From: Gracilinanus agilis
Lineage: Eukaryota
NCBI RefSeq assembly: GCF_016433145.1
Contig: NC_058130.1
Coordinates: 10,049,724 to 10,113,723, forward strand
Length of the DNA: 64,000 nt
Direction: 5' to 3'
Shown here: positions 1-12,188 of the stretch, in pieces
Numbering within the stretch: position 1 is the stretch's first letter
Layout of the letters: each line of letters opens with the position of its first letter
Notes under the pieces: generated by a model
Databases searched by the model: none
What the model was told of the DNA's origin: nothing
Seen by the model: the letters and a program-made list of their open reading frames with translations, nothing else
Translations under genes and position numbers: made by a program

Positions 1-900
1 GGGGGCGGGCAGGGGGCGGGTCCGGGTCGGCTAAACTTTAACGGCTGCGCCCGCGCGGGAGGCACCCCGGGGCTGCCAGGCGGCGCCCCTCCCCCGCGCC
101 TCCCGGGGCCAGGGAGGACAAAGGGCGGCCACGGCCCGGCCCGAGCCGCGGGTTCGAATCCCAACCCCGGGGGTCGGCGCGGCAGAGCAAGAGGAACAGC
201 CCCTGGGCGGCGTCCTGGGGGCGTCGAGTCCAACCCCCCGCCCCGCCCCTGGCACTCATTTTACAAAGCCGGAAACTGAGGCCCAGGGAGGCCGGGCGTA
301 CCTGGACGCGGGGTGGGGCGGGGGAAATCAGGGCGCGGGCTGCGGAGGCTCCCGACTCCCCTTCCCCCGCCCCATCTGGCCCAGCCCCGTGGGCAGGGCC
401 ACCTGGAGGGCGGGGCTCGGCCGCGGGAGCAGCCAAAGGCTCGGCGGCCACGCAGGCAGCCCACATCAGCCCGCGAGTCCCGCCCGCCCTCAGAGATGCT
501 CCCGGGGCTGCCCTCTCTGCTGAGCTTGGCCGTGCTGTGGCTGGGCAGCACGGCGCCCCCGGGCCTCTCGGAGCCGGTAAGCCCCCAGCACCCAGGCTGC
601 CCTCCCTTCAGATCCTCGGTTCCCACCTCCGCGCGCCTGCCTCCACCGGGCTTTGGCCGTCAGACCCGGGGGGCCAAGGCGCGCCTCGGAGGCACACAGC
701 CCCCGTGCTCAGTGTGCCCCGGCGCGGTTGGCCGAGCTCCTGGAAGGAGCCCGAGGGAGCGATGCCAGGAGGGAGAGGAGCCCAAGGATGCGGGCGTTAC
801 TAGAGGTGGCGCCGGCGGCCCAGGGAGAGCGAGCCGGCACGGAGTGAGGCGCTCAGCTGGGCTCTCCCCCCGGAGTCCCGGCTTTCTCTCCTTCTGTCCT
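1..900. promoter_or_regulatory. CpG island / GC-box promoter of IL17RB (probably shared head-to-head with CHDH)
   Basis: Very GC- and CpG-rich, with repeated GGGCGG boxes (e.g. 3-8, 14-19) upstream of the ATG at 496. CHDH sharing is inferred from synteny only. Confidence 0.75.
496..576 (+). CDS. IL17RB: IL17RB exon 1 (signal peptide MLPGLPSLLSLAVLWLGSTAPPGLSEP)
   Basis: ATG at 496, hydrophobic leader ending EP like human ...REP; donor CCG|GTAAGC at 577; phase 0. Confidence 0.88.
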
Positions 901-3558
901 CGACGCCCCTTCTAGTCCCCGCCGGCTCTGCCCCCCTCCTTTTACAGAGGAGAAACTGAGGCACAGGGCCGCTCCGTCTGGCCTTGGGGCAGGAGGGTCT
1001 TTCTACCTTAGAGTCAATCCTGTGTATGGGCTCCGGGCAGAAGGGCGGGAAGGGCTGGGCCATGGGGGTCAAGTGACTGGCCCAGGGTCACCTGCTGGCA
1101 AGGGGCTGAAGCCAGAAGCCCCTGCCTCTAGGCCTGCCCCTGCGCTGCCCCTGGGGTCCTGCTTCTAAAATACAGCCTCCCCACAGGATGTGGGCCAAGG
1201 CGGGCTCTTCTGGTGGGGCTCCCCAGCTCCCCACTGAAGCAGCACTTTGAGGGCCTCCCCGGCTGTAGGTCGGGCTCTAACTTGGGACAAGGCTACGTTG
1301 CTGCGACCCTGGGAGGTCTGCAGTGACATAGAGGTTGTCTCCTGTACCCCGGGAGACTTTGGCTAAGTCATTTCCCTTCTCCGGGACCACTGGGGAAACG
1401 AAGGGGTTGGCCTGGACTCCAGGAAAAGGTCTGTAACGAGTATAGTAGCCTGGGGGGGGGTGGGGGGCAGGCGGCTCCTCCTCAAGTCCGGCTGCCCATT
1501 TGTCACAAAGGATTCTGGGTCGGGTCCGAGTTCAACTCAACTGTGGCTCAGGTGCCCTCTTGATGCCAGAGGAACCCCCCTTGCCACAAAACGCCCCCCC
1601 AGGAACCCTCCCAGACAGCCATTCTATCCCCTCCCCCTCGAGCAGTCTGTGTTCTGAGGCTCAGGCCCGGGGCCACCCCATGCACCTAAAGGGGGGGCAG
1701 CGAGCCAGCAGCAAAGGCCCCCAGTGTGCCGGCCCACAAGGTCCTGAGAGGCAAACCCGGTCCCAGGCGGCCAGCCGGAGGGTGTGAGGAAGGAGCAGGA
1801 TTGCCAAGGGCTGCCCTGGCTGCCCTCACAGCCCCTCTGGGTGGGCGGCCGGCAGGGGGGGAGGGCGGGGGCTGGGCTTCTGCCTTTCTTTCGGCACAAA
1901 ACACGAATAATGGTGACAAGAAAGGGGGCTGCTGGGCGGCTCAGTGGCCCCTTCCTGGCTGGGTGGCCCTGGCCAAGTCACTTCACCCCAGTTGCCCAGC
2001 CCCAACTGCTCTCCTGCCTCCGAACCAATACACAGACTGACTCTAAGAACGACGGGAAGGTGAGGACAACCATAAGGCGGCGAGCGGTACGTGGCGCCTA
2101 CTGCGGGCCAAGAGGTGCTGGGCCAACGCCGCAGACTTCCTCCTTTGGGCGCACTCGCAGTGCCCGAGGCGGGCTGAGGGGGCCTTCCTGGCCTCGAGGT
2201 CCGTCCTCGGCCCTCCAGCCTCCCACCCCGGCCACGTGCTTCCCCTCCAGCCCCTCAGGAGCCGCGAGCCTTCTTCCTCTTGAAAGGCTGCCGTGCCCCA
2301 TCCTTCGAAGGGAGGGTAGACGGAGGCCACTTGGTGGTGGGACGCGGCCTGGGAAGGACGTTGGAGAGCCCCCCATGAGGAAAGTGAGGCCCACCCAAAG
2401 GGCCGAAGGCGGCTAGGATTTGAGCCCGGGCGCCCCGCCCCAGATTCAGCACACGCACACGCACACGTGGTGGCCGGCGCTTCCCTGGCGGAGGTGGCTG
2501 GAGCCCTCGAGTGTAAAGCACAGACACGGACGGGAAGGGGAGAAGCGTCCGAGATGCCAGAACGGCCTTCGAGGCCCAGCAGGAGCCCAGGCGGCCTTCT
2601 GCTCCGCTGCAGGGCTCTTGGCTGAGCCAGAAGGGAGGGGGCAGGGGATTCTCCAGGGAGCCACTGACCCTGGCCAGTCTCGCCAGGGCCGCAGGGGGCC
2701 TCCTGAGGGCCGGAAGGGGATAAGCGAGAACGCGGGATGCCGACCTCTCTTTGGCTTGGAGGGAGGTGCGGCCAGACCCTGGCGGCACCCTTGGCAGCTA
2801 CGGGAGGCCACTGACCGGGGAGCTCATCAGGCCCAGGCAGGCTCTAGAGCCCCGTCGCTTTCTCCCCAGAATCTAAGGAGCGCGTGAGGGGAGGCGGGTT
2901 CTAGTCCCTGAAGGGCAGCAGCTCCAGACCGAAAGGGCTGTCTGCTCTAGCCCACACGGAGAGAGGAAGACCCAGGTTCTGTGGGCAAGTCAGTGCCCTC
3001 TTAGACCCTCTCTAAGACAGGAAGTTGCCAGGCAGGTGCTGACCCTGCGCTGGCAGGGGGAGTTTCTTGGCAGGAAGTTCCCTCAGGGGAGTCACAGGTC
3101 TAGTCTCCGTCTCTCCCTCGGCCTCCTTTGCCCAGCTCCGTCTGGAAACCGAACGTGTCGTTGCTTCTGCCTTTAATTAGGCCCAACACATCAAGGGGTA
3201 CCCAGCTGACGTGGCTAAAAGTTGTCATCTGTCCAGTGTGGAAAAAAAAGGCCAAATGGCAAAAGCCTTTGTAGGGACTGGAAGTCGGACTGTGATGGAG
3301 GAGTGGAGAGGGTTCAGGCCCCTGAAGAAGCAAGAGCTGCCCCAGGCTCTCAGCCAGCTGTGTGGCCCTGGGCAAGTCCCTTAACTTCCCTGTGCCCCGG
3401 CTTCCTCCTCTGTAAACTGAGGGAGTTAGCCAATGACACCTAAAGTCCATTCGACAAACACTTTGAAGATGGCGGCTGCCACCCGTAAGCAGATGGGGGT
3501 CATTTCTCTCTGGGTGGGGACTGATGCTTGGTTTCTTTCTCTGTTTTGCTTCTTGCAG

Positions 3559-3583
3559 TCTGTGAAGTGCTTTTCTGAGACGG
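3559..3583 (+). CDS. IL17RB: IL17RB exon 2 (SVKCFSET-G)
   Basis: 25-nt microexon; pyrimidine tract + TTGCAG acceptor; CGG|GTAAGT donor; resembles human TVQCGSETG. Confidence 0.88.
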
Positions 3584-4972
3584 GTAAGTGATTTTTCAAA
3601 GTCTCCGTCCACAGAAAATCCCAGTCACGGCCCGCTGAGAGGAACCAAAGAGGTCTCGGCCGTGAAGGAGCAGAGAAATTCCAGAACGGGAGGATCCATT
3701 TAGGAGCCAATTAGGAGGCTGCTTTCAGCCTCAAAACAACCAGTCCCTTAGAGAAGCCAAATAAGCCTAGAAGGAAGAGGGGAAAAGTCCAAACTCTCCC
3801 CCAGTTTGCCTCCAGAAGCGTGCATGGAAACCAGCCCCCAATCAGCTCCCAGACGCTTATTTGCATCCGGTCCCTCCGTGTTGCTCTTTTCCTCTGATTT
3901 TATCACGGCTGCAGCTTTTCTAATGTTCTGGGGCCTCCCCAGTGGCTTTTCCCTGTTGCTTTGGCTTCCTCACATTCGTCACTGTTTATTCTGTAAAATT
4001 CACAGGCCACCATTTATGGGCCGGCCGTCGCCAGGGAGAGGTGGGTGGCTGCTTTGCTTTGTATTGACTGAGGGCTGAGCTAGGAGTTCCCCCAAGGGCC
4101 CCTGGCGAGGCCTCCTGTTCATTGTTGATTCACTTCTGTTGAATCCCAAAGCTGCCTAATGACATTCAGAGTACTGTAAACCATCATTCCTTCCTTACAA
4201 CCATTCAGGGAGGCAGGCGCTATTATTATCCCCACTTTACAGACAAGGCAACCGAGGCAGCTGGAGAGGCAGTCGCTTGCCCAAGGTCACACAGCTGGCT
4301 TCTCTGAGGCTGGATTTGAGCTCAGGTCTTCCGGACTCCCAGCCCGCCTCTCTCAACGTCCCACCTAGATGTTCATGCCTGGATGCACCACAGAGAAATA
4401 GAGACAATAAATTCAAAACAATGACATGGTAGTAAGGGAGGGAAGAAAGATCATTTATGGGACGCTTCCTATGTGGAGGGCACTTGGACATGTGGATTGT
4501 AGACAGGGTATAGGATGGGATTGAGAGCTAGAAAGGGGAAACTGAGGCCTAAAGCTATCGAGTCACTTGGCTAATGCTACAAAGGGAGTAAATAGTACTT
4601 GGTGGGTGGCCATCTCCATCTCCAAAGCTTCCTATCTCTGTGATTGTAACCAAATCACTTAAATCAGGAGGCTTTTCTGATCTATAAAATGGGGATAAAT
4701 ACAGATTTGGAATTTGAAAGGGCTATAGACGACATCAGGTCCAACTCCCTTATTTTACAGATGAAGAAACTGAGGCAGAGGTTATGCGATTGACAGGTGT
4801 CACCCAGCTAGTAGATATCTGAGGCAGGATTAGAACTGGGGTCTTGGTGCCTCCTAGTCCTATCCACCCAGCACCTGGTTGCCTCCAGTGATACCTGTCC
4901 GACCTAATGCACCTTGCTGGGCCTTGGGGAACTAGACGTAGACACACGTGCTCTTCGTGCTGTTACTCCAAG

Positions 4973-5110
4973 GTCCATCTAAAGAGTGGATGGTCAGAAA
5001 CAGCCTGACTCCGGGAGGCTTGCAGACACTCCACGTGGATTCCGTTGCCAGCCCCTCCGCCAATTCGGACACAGTCCACCTGAACGTAAGCTGGACACTC
5101 AAGCAAGACG
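4973..5110 (+). CDS. IL17RB: IL17RB exon 3 (PSKEWMVRNSLTPGGL...LNVSWTLKQD)
   Basis: AG/GT flanks (ACG|GTGAGT); 138 nt, phase 1-1; similar to human PSPEWML...MNVSWVLRAD. Confidence 0.93.
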
Positions 5111-5672
5111 GTGAGTGGGTTCTAGGTGGACATCGGAAGCCAGGCCATCAGTGTGTGTCTGTGCTTCATCCAAGTCTCCAAGATGTTGGGGCAACTGGGA
5201 TTTGCCAAAGCTAGTAAAACCAATGCCAAACCCCCTAAAATGGGGTCAGGATCTTTTGTGAGCAACGGCCAGGACGCCCATGCGGCAGCACTGAGGCCCC
5301 CATCTTGCGGATCCATCCTGGTCCTGGGCGCTGCCACGCTGTCACCGGAACCTGGATGGAGCCCACTGCCTTCTGAGAGGCTCACACCAAACTGCCCACT
5401 GAGATGGAGGGACGTCTTGCCTTTGCACACATCCGTTCGTTTTCAGGCTCAGTTCCTCTGAGGCCCCCTTCCTTCCACTCTGCATCTCCCAGGTTCCAAT
5501 TCATAAAGCTGGATTCCCCTCTTAAGAGAGGCTGCTCCTTAAGAGAAGCAGGGGCTGCTTTGGCCCTTAGCTTGGTGCCTGGCATACAGTAAGCACTTTA
5601 TAAATGTTGGTTGGTGGACTGTCCGTTGATCAGTTACTCCCTGATGTTCTTTTCTTGCTCTCTCGATTCCAG

Positions 5673-5800
5673 GAAGTATCCAGATGTTAAAGGCCACCAA
5701 AATCTGTGTGGATGGAAAAGGCCAATTCTTGTCCCACAGCTGTGTGAGATGCAATTACACAGAAGCATTTTACAATCAAACCCCACCCAGCGGAGGCAAA
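5673..5800 (+). CDS. IL17RB: IL17RB exon 4 (SIQMLKATKICVDG...SCVRCNYTEAF...SGGK)
   Basis: 128 nt; conserved KATKICV and CVRCNYTEAF; donor AAA|GTAAGA. Confidence 0.95.
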
Positions 5801-6718
5801 GTAAGAAAAAACCCGAGAGAGGGAGTATTCTTATACCGAGTAAAGTAGGTCCAGTAATTTGGTCACTTTTAGAGGTAACAGCTGCTAACTGGCAGCCTCC
5901 TAATATGGAGAGCCTGGCTGTCACTTGGGCTCTTTGTCACCTATCTGGCTCGGTGCCCTAGCCTCAGGTAGAACCCAGTAAGTGGTAGCTATCATTTCCC
6001 CACTGGTGGCACCCCATTCCCTTTACAAGCACATTGACTCACAAGGCTTCAAACTTAGACCAGGTTTTATTTACACAGTAAAAGGGGCAGAGGGGCAATT
6101 AGATGGCATAGTGAAAAGAGAGCCAGAACTGGAGACTAGAGGAACTGGGTTCGAATGTGACCCCAGACACTTCCTGGGCAAGTCTCTAAACCTCATTCGT
6201 CTAGTCCTTTGCTCTTCTGTTCTAGAACTGTTACTAAGACTGTTACTAAGAAAGTAAAGATTTAAGAAAAAAAAAAAAAACCCTACAGAAATGACTTGAT
6301 CCCATGAGTATTCCTTCCAGTTCACCCTACCTAGGGTACTCTATAGTCCTTGAGCTTCACAGTTCTCTCTTGAATGGGGTTAGATCCTATGTGGAAAAGG
6401 ACTCTCTTCCACACATGATCTGCTCCATGCTGCTTCTCCAGTGCTCTCACACCATGCTTCATTGGTACTCAACTGATTGATTTACTGATTTTTTTTAACA
6501 GCCTTTCCATCCCCCATTTCCCCTTGTTTCTCCCTTTGGCTCATGGCAATTCAGGCTATCCATTTTGTTATGTCTCTTGCCTGGATAGATGAAAATTTGG
6601 CATGTGAGCTGATGACTTTGAGCCATAGACCAGAAATTGAACATCAGTGTCCCAAAGACTTGAATTTGTGCGTATCAGAGGGCTACAGTGGCCAGTGATG
6701 AATCATTTTGTCTTTTAG

Positions 6719-6845
6719 TGGGAGTTTCATTATGTTGGATTCCCTATACAGTCTGACACCGTTTATTTCATCAGAGCACATAATCTCCCCCCTGCAAATA
6801 TGAATGAGGATTCTACTGCCATTTCTGTGGAATTCATCTCACCAG
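6719..6845 (+). CDS. IL17RB: IL17RB exon 5 (WEFHYVGFP...AHNLPPANMNED...SP)
   Basis: 127 nt; TTTTAG acceptor; CAG|GTAAGG donor; conserved AHN.P.ANMNED. Confidence 0.95.
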
Positions 6846-7459
6846 GTAAGGGCCTCCCTGAGATGTTTTCACTTGCGTCTTTTCCTCGGGCCCCTGTCTG
6901 GGATAGCTTTCATTGTACTTGCCTCAAGCCTGGGATTTTCTAGGCAATCATCTGTCTGGATTCAGGCAGTCAAGCATTTATTTTGTGCCGGGCACTGTGC
7001 TAAGGAAAGGGAAATAAAAAGGCGAAATATGGCTCCTGCCCTTGAGAAACTTACAGTTTAAGGAGAGAAACAATGTGAGGACGTGGTCTGATTGTTCTTT
7101 AGGAATACTTGTGCTTCAGGAGTCACCAGTGGAGTTTTAAAAATAAGTTCTCATTGGTCTCCTTTGGTTTTGCCTCTCCTAAATGTTCTCCTTTAACTCT
7201 CCCTCCCCCTCCCCAAATATCTCATATAACAGACTTTTTTTTTTTTTTTTGAGAAAAAAGTCAGGAAAACCAATCAATATAGTTTAAAAATAACCTTCTA
7301 AAACCACCCTGACAATAACTAGTGTTCCACAGCCATGGACACTCCCCACACACGTACATACAAAGGAGTCGAGGAGGAGGTATCTTCTCATATTTTATCT
7401 TTGAGGCCCACCTGCTTAGTTGTTCAATTCACCTTCAAGGAGAGCTGCTCAAAATTCTT

Positions 7460-7643
7460 TTTTTTTTTAAACTCTTAACTTCTGTGTACTGGCTCCTTGG
7501 TGGAAGAGTGGTCAGGATGGGCCATGGGGGTCAAGTGACTTGCCCAGGGTCACACAGCTGGGAAGTGTCTGAGGCCAGATTTGAACCCAGGATCTCCCAT
7601 CTCTAGGCCTGACTCTCCATCCACTGAGCTACCCAGCAGCCCC
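7460..7643 (-). mobile_element. SINE1_Mdo-like tRNA-derived SINE with 15-bp TSD
   Basis: Head GGGGGCTGCTGGGTAGCTCAGTGGA on - strand; TSD CTGCTCAAAATTCTT at 7445..7459 and 7644..7658. Confidence 0.88.
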
Positions 7644-8001
7644 CTGCTCAAAATTCTTAATCTCTCTGCACCCCCGCCCGCCCCATTCTCTGCTCCTTCC
7701 TCCTGTCTCAGGGTTAGAAGTGCTCCCTCTTTCCCGCTCTTAAGACGACTCCTTGCATTTCATCCCCTCCTATGTTTCTCAGGATCCTTCTCAAGCTGGC
7801 ATCTCTTTCCCTCTGCTAACAAACAGATCCAAGTTTCTCATCTGCAGAAATCTTCCCCTGCTCCTGGCTCATTCTCGCATAGTCGGGCTTCTGCCCCACT
7901 ACCAAATTTCATAAGCATTTATCATGGTTGCAGGCACTGCACTGGGGATACAAAGACAAAGATGAAGAAGAATCTTCTTGCCCTCAAGGAGATTATGTTC
8001 T

Positions 8002-8198
8002 TTTTTTTAACCCTTACCTTCTGTCCTGGAATCACTACTAAGCACTGGTTTCAAGGCATAACAGTGGAGAGGACTAGCCAACTGGGGTCAAGTGACTTGC
8101 CTGGGGTCACGCAGCTCAGAAGTGTCTGAGGCTAGATTTGAACCCAGGACCTCTTGTCTCTATCCCAAGTCTCAATCACTGAGCCACCTAGCTGCCCC
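8002..8198 (-). mobile_element. SINE1_Mdo-like SINE with imperfect TSD
   Basis: Same family; TSD CAAGGAGATT..TTCT at about 7985 and 8198. Confidence 0.82.
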
Positions 8199-10274
8199 AA
8201 GGAGATTGCATTCTAATGGAGACTGCGCTCTCCCAAACCACCAGTTCCCTTAGTCATGTAATCAATCCAGAGGCCTCCCTGAGCTCTCTACAGCATGTGA
8301 AATGGAGGAGAGCCCTGAAGAGTCTTTCCTTCCTTGGCTTGGAGGTTGGATGCCTCTTATTTCTTCATCAGTTCCTCATCCTGTTCTCCATTCCTGAAGG
8401 GGGGTTGGGGGCCCCCCCAGCTTCTGCTCTTGATCTGCTCCTCTCTCTCCCACGGGAATCCCATTCACAGCCATGACAGAGTTCAGTTCTCCCCCGGTAT
8501 GCTGAGAGTTGATTGACTGAAAGATCCCTAAATGTGTATCTTCAGGCCTGACTTCCTGGCCTCGGTTGGCCTCCAGGACACCCCGCCGACACCTCGCTGA
8601 GCTCGTTCTCCTTCGGCCTTGCCGGCTCCCTTCCAGCTCTTCCTTCTCTAGTCCCACAGCCTCGCTCTGCAGCGTCGCCCGTCTGGGCTACTCCGGCGGC
8701 CGCTGCACCGCTCTTTCCGACCCGACTTCCTCTCCCTCCAGTCCTCCCAGGCGCTGCTGGCACTCAGCCGCCTTCCGCACAGGCCTGGCCTGGCAGTTGT
8801 TCAGCTAAAGCTGCTCTGCTGTCTTAGAACTGATGATGACGACGATAACTAGCATCATGTGGCACTCTGTGCCAGTGCTCTGTGATGAGGATCTCCGTTA
8901 AGCCTCACAAAATCCAGGGAGGTCGGTGCTGTTCTACCCGTTTTATAGACAGGTTACCTGATGTTAAGTGGCTTGCCCAGGAACACGTGTCTGAGGCAGG
9001 ACTTGAACCCAGGTCTTCTTGATATTAATGACGCCAATGCTTGCAGCACCACGCTAGCTGTCCCCTGTGCTTGTCCAGCTCCTCTTTCTGGTCTCGCCTC
9101 ATACTCTTCCATGGTTCGTGCCCCATTCTCCAGCAGAACTTGACCACTCACAGTCCCCCAGGCATACCGTGCCTTTGCTCATGCAGTGCCATATTCCTGG
9201 AACGCCTTCTCTTCTTTTCTTCTCTGCAGTCTGCCCGTGAAAGCCTGGCCTAAATGCCAGCTCCTTTGGGAGTTTCTTTGTATCCTTCTATTGGATGGCA
9301 GACAGTCAGCTTCCTGATGGCAGGGGCTGGTTTCTATTTTTCCTTTATTCCCCAGCACGTAGCAGTGCCTGGCACACTGTTGGTACTTATGGGGGAATAT
9401 TGTGTGTTTTGGCTGTTTGAGTCCCTTTACAAGCTCCACAAGGGCAGGCTAAGGTTAGTGTCTGCCCTGACACCCAGCATGGGGCTGCATCCAGAAGAGA
9501 TGCCCAATAAATGTTTCCTAAATGGAATTGTGGAATCTTGGGTATTCCTGCCAGCAAGCATTTCTTCAGGATTTACTACGTGCCCAGTATGTGACGGTGG
9601 GCAAAAAGAAAAAGAATGAGGCGGCTCCTGTCCTCAAGTGGCCCTACAACCTTCAGAAATGTAGCCTGGAGCTATGCTGAGACCTCTGGGCTCCCATGAA
9701 TGGGGCCTGATCCAGAAAGACATGCCATTCTCCCTCCTTTCCCTGCTGATCTCCTGGGTCCCAGAGCCCCGACCTCCTACCTAAGAACACCCAAGAGCCA
9801 GCGATGCCCGAGAAGAGTACCGAGTGGTTGGGAGCCAAAGTGGTGGAAGGTTTCCATGGCTTTACATTCAAGAGAGGATCGAGGGCAGGATGGACTTAGA
9901 GCTTAGAGGATGACAGCCAGCTTCCAGTATTCCTGGAACCACAGAAAAGCTCATCTGGAAATGACGGATGGCCCAGCTTCATGGCCGGCTCCCACCCTCC
10001 TCCTGGGGACTTTGGGTGCTATTGATATTACAGGCTTCTAGTTTGCATAGCACTAGGACCATCACTCAGTGCAGGACATTAGCCTGCACCCTTGGTTTGG
10101 TATTAAAATTGAACTAATGCATTCAAATTTGATGGCCCAGCTTTGGCTTTATGCGCAGGACTGTTTCATTATGGAGGATCATAAATCACACGTATATTGA
10201 GGTGGGGACAGGGAGGACAAGGGAGAGAGGAGCCTTCGGTGAAAAACGTAAAAATGTTTTATTTTACCTTCTAG

Positions 10275-10322
10275 GCTGCCAAGACCCAGTGATGAAATAT
10301 ACCAGAAGGTGTCGAGAAGATG
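10275..10322 (+). CDS. IL17RB: IL17RB exon 6 (CQDPVMKYTRRCRED)
   Basis: 48 nt; TTCTAG acceptor; ATG|GTGAGT donor; similar to human CLDHIMKYKKKC. Confidence 0.92.
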
Positions 10323-11096
10323 GTGAGTCTGTACAGGGCTTCTGGAGAAGGCGGCACACTGGAGACCTGAGTTCTAATCTGGCCTCAGGTCTTTACTAGC
10401 TGTGAGACCCTAAGCAAGCCATGTGACCTCTGCCTGCCTCGATTTCCCCATCAGAAAATGAGGGGGTTGACTAGAAGGCCATTAAGTCTCCTTTACGTTT
10501 CAGATACTTACTAGCTGTGGAACCTTGGTTAGGTCACTTCACCTCTGCCTCACTTTCCCTATCTATAAAATGAAGGGGCAAACTCTAGTTAGTCCATGAA
10601 TATCCTTCCGGCCTCAAACAGTTAAAGGCAAGCCTCTTTCCTTCTATGGACCTCAGATTCCTTCACTGTAAAATAAGGCCTCTGGAAGGCCCTTCTTTCC
10701 AAGTCTCCATCTATGAGCTGATGTTTCCCCCAGGGTGAAAGCCACTGAAGGGAAGAATGGCTGTTGGTACCTTTGATCATAGAAGCTTCCAGATGGAAGG
10801 TACCTTTAACAGAGATTCTCCCATAAAACCCATTTTTTACTCATGAGAAAACAGGCAAGTAACCTACTCACAGTTGCATGGCAGGATAGTGGAGGAGGTG
10901 GGTCTTAGGGGAGCCAAAACCTCTTCCAGCGTTCCTGGCTTCCTTACGAGGCAGTTAGAACATCCCCTGTGTCTAGGGCTCAGAGCCTTTGAGTCTGAGG
11001 TATTTACTTCTGTGGAGGGAAGAAGAGATGGTATCTGGGAGTTTCACGAGGGCAGAGTGGGTAACCTCACCCTTTCCCATCTTGGATAACCCACAG

Positions 11097-11239
11097 GGAG
11101 TCTATGGACCCCCAACATCACTGCGTGTCAGGAGGAGAACATTGTAAAGGTGAATTTTAGCACCAGCAGCTTTGGGCTCAACTACAATGTTTTGGTGTTC
11201 AAGGAGGGAGAAATACTGAACAACCCAGAAATAATGGAG
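11097..11239 (+). CDS. IL17RB: IL17RB exon 7 (SLWTPNITACQEENIVKVNFST...IME)
   Basis: 143 nt; SLW.PNITAC motif; GAG|GTAATG donor. Confidence 0.93.
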
Positions 11240-12119
11240 GTAATGTCTTCGCTTCTCTCTGGGCTCAGCTCTTTTCCCTTTGTAGCATCTTCTCCTTTCT
11301 TATCCCAGGAAAGGGAGAAGGCAGAGTCTCAAGTATGAGCTGGTCAGGGTCCAAGACTGAATATCTTGGATTCTTAATTTATTGGTAACGCTTTCTTGAA
11401 GGCTTTTTTTTCTCTTAAACCATGATCGTTTTCCTGAGTACCCCCTTCCTTAGAACAAAGTTAAATAATTGTGCAAAACCTACTGACTGCATTCTTCAGC
11501 ACAGAAAACTTTCGGACTTCCTAATCCTTTTGATGCAGGGGAGAGAAATATTTCATTATCAATTCTCTAGGACCAAGATTAATCATTAAAATTGGGTTGA
11601 GCTCATTCTTTCCTTTCCATCATGTTATTTTTTCCCCCTTGGGTCTGTTCTCTTCCTGTTGCAATTTATAGAACAAAGTCTTTTGCATTTTTCTGTATTC
11701 CTTTGTTTGTCCTTGAGGCCCGATAGTCTTCCAGTCAGATCTGATCCCTGGCCACCTGCTTTGTTCCTGGTGGTTTTGCTACCCCAGAAAGCCCAAAGGC
11801 CATTTTAGCGAGATGGAAAAGCACTTGGAATGACATCATAAAAAGTCTGTCTGGAAGTGACAAGTGTTCTCCATTTTCAGAGCTTAGCACAATGCCAGGC
11901 ACACAGCAGGCAGGTTGGCTGCCTGCTCTGAAGGACTCATATACGATGGACTGAATGGTTACTGGGATCCACTGATAGTCCTTGAGTCAGCAGTATACTG
12001 GGCATCCGTGGCCTGGGGGCTGTGTTCCATGAGGTGTGGATGGGGTGTTAGCAGCAGAGCTGGATCACTGAACTTTCTTCCTCCTTATCCTCAGTAACTG
12101 TGGTTGTTCTTTCCTTTAG

Positions 12120-12188
12120 TTAAACCAGAGCCAGGTTTCTGTGGTCATCCCAGTGCCGGTGGAGAAAGGTAATGGGGACACAGTGCAG
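12120..12188 (+). CDS. IL17RB: IL17RB exon 8 (LNQSQVSVVIPVPVEKGNGDTVQ)
   Basis: 69 nt; CTTTAG acceptor; CAG|GTAACT donor; SVVIPV...TVQ conserved. Confidence 0.88.

Noticed and set aside
126-175. tRNA gene
   Set aside because: Only the T-arm is present; no A-box, acceptor stem or anticodon arm
31-2887. Many 90-210 aa ORFs in the 5' GC-rich region
   Set aside because: Low-complexity Pro/Gly/Arg/Ala content; only 496..576 is real coding sequence
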